54,920 bases of DNA from an uncultured Clostridia bacterium. Its GTDB lineage: Bacteria; Bacillota; Clostridia; Christensenellales; Borkfalkiaceae. The stretch spans positions 1 through 54,920 of the forward strand of contig CANQCA010000001.1 of the NCBI GenBank assembly GCA_947589585.1. The letters are read 5' to 3'. The notes under the pieces are model-generated. The model searched no databases, was not told the origin of the DNA, and worked only from the letters and a program-made list of their open reading frames with translations. A program made the translations under genes and the position numbers. Of this stretch, positions 54,307 through 54,920 are shown one piece after another; position 1 is the stretch's first letter; the number at the start of each line of letters is the position of its first letter.

Positions 54307-54920
54307 ATGGAGCAAGCTCAGGAACAAAACAGGGCGACCCTTTTTAGGGTATTGCATATCATCGGAATTGCCTTAGCGGCGGCCGCCACAGAGGTATTTT
54401 TGATGCTGTGCCTGAATTTCTATCATGGTGTCTGGAAGGAAGCGTATTGGCTATCCGCCGTGATCGGGGGAAGCATCCTCAATGCCGCCCTGCTCGTTAC
54501 CGACTATATCTCTTACTTTTTCAAAAAACAGGTCATCTATAAATTTTGTATTACGCTTTACGTGATGGCGGTCTTTTTCGCCGTCACGGCATATGCGCTC
54601 ATCCGCACGGGATTTTTCGAAATCATGCGGGACGAGGAAAAGCTCGAGGACTTTTTGCGCAGATCGGGCTGGTGGATGTATATCATCTTCGTCCTTCTGC
54701 AATTTCTGCAAGTCGTCCTTCTGCCCATTCCGAGCACGGTGACCGTCGTCGCGGGCGCCGCACTCTTCGGGCCGCTCATCGGGAGTATTTTGAGCCTTCT
54801 CGGCATCGCGATCGGCTCGCTCGTCGCCTTCCTCATCGGTAGATATGCGGGCATCCGCGTCGTCTCGTGGCTCGTCGGGAAGGAGACCCTCGAAAAATGG
54901 CTGAAAAAGATCAAGGGGAA
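54307..54920 (+). CDS. TVP38/TMEM64 (DedA-related) family membrane protein, 3' end outside the window
   Basis: Open frame from the ATG at 54307 to the window edge, absent from the ORF track because it has no stop. ...FVLLQFLQVVLLPIPSTVTVVAGAALFGPLIGSILSLLGIAIGSLVAFLIGRYAG... is characteristic of the family. Confidence 0.7.
   Translation, partial: MEQAQEQNRATLFRVLHIIGIALAAAATEVFLMLCLNFYHGVWKEAYWLSAVIGGSILNAALLVTDYISYFFKKQVIYKFCITLYVMAVFFAVTAYALIRTGFFEIMRDEEKLEDFLRRSGWWMYIIFVLLQFLQVVLLPIPSTVTVVAGAALFGPLIGSILSLLGIAIGSLVAFLIGRYAGIRVVSWLVGKETLEKWLKKIKG

Overview
Chromosomal, mostly housekeeping segment that looks like a GC-rich, endospore-forming Clostridia-type Firmicute. The lineage call rests on yabP-yabQ-divIC-like, whiA, nrdDG, adhE, a DUF1540 gene and consensus sigma-A promoters. 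Most genes are on the + strand. Gene order: gltX (partial), thyA, folA, a large two-TM protein plus LemA, typA, an LRR lipoprotein, yabP/yabQ/divIC-like, Ppx/GppA-like, an M50-like protease, XRE (-), aroA (-), YgjP-like, DUF1934-MBL fusion, rho, ROK glucokinase. Then a 757-bp orphan region, a PadR/coiled-coil/TM protein (-), a YkvI-like protein, a NitT/TauT-type ABC transporter (-), valS, adhE, rplI (-), DUF1540, a hypothetical, murB, PHP, whiA, dnaE, pfkA, a PfkB-family kinase, nrdD, nrdG. Finally an M29 aminopeptidase, two COG0523-like GTPases, flavodoxin, an RsmB-like methyltransferase, two hypotheticals, tRNA-Leu (-), polA, coaE, tRNA-Trp, a GNAT-RNase HI fusion and a TVP38-like gene (partial). 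No CRISPR array, rRNA, transposase or integrase gene was seen. Most interesting observations: (1) an 18-bp perfect inverted repeat brackets 135 bp between a consensus promoter and a surface LRR lipoprotein gene, followed by a UUCG-capped terminator; this is either an inverton or a structured attenuator leader. (2) A 21-22 nt motif, AGTACTAT-N6-CATA, occurs five times, always in the same orientation and always intergenic or on a stop codon. (3) A 793-aa protein combines a PadR wHTH, about 11 tandem 14-aa (42-bp) charged repeats and a 4-TM anchor. (4) Both tRNA genes are followed by partial copies of their own 3' ends (att-like scars). (5) There are two unusual in-frame fusions, DUF1934-MBL and GNAT-RNase HI. 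All calls come from reading the sequence and the ORF translations; no database search was run.
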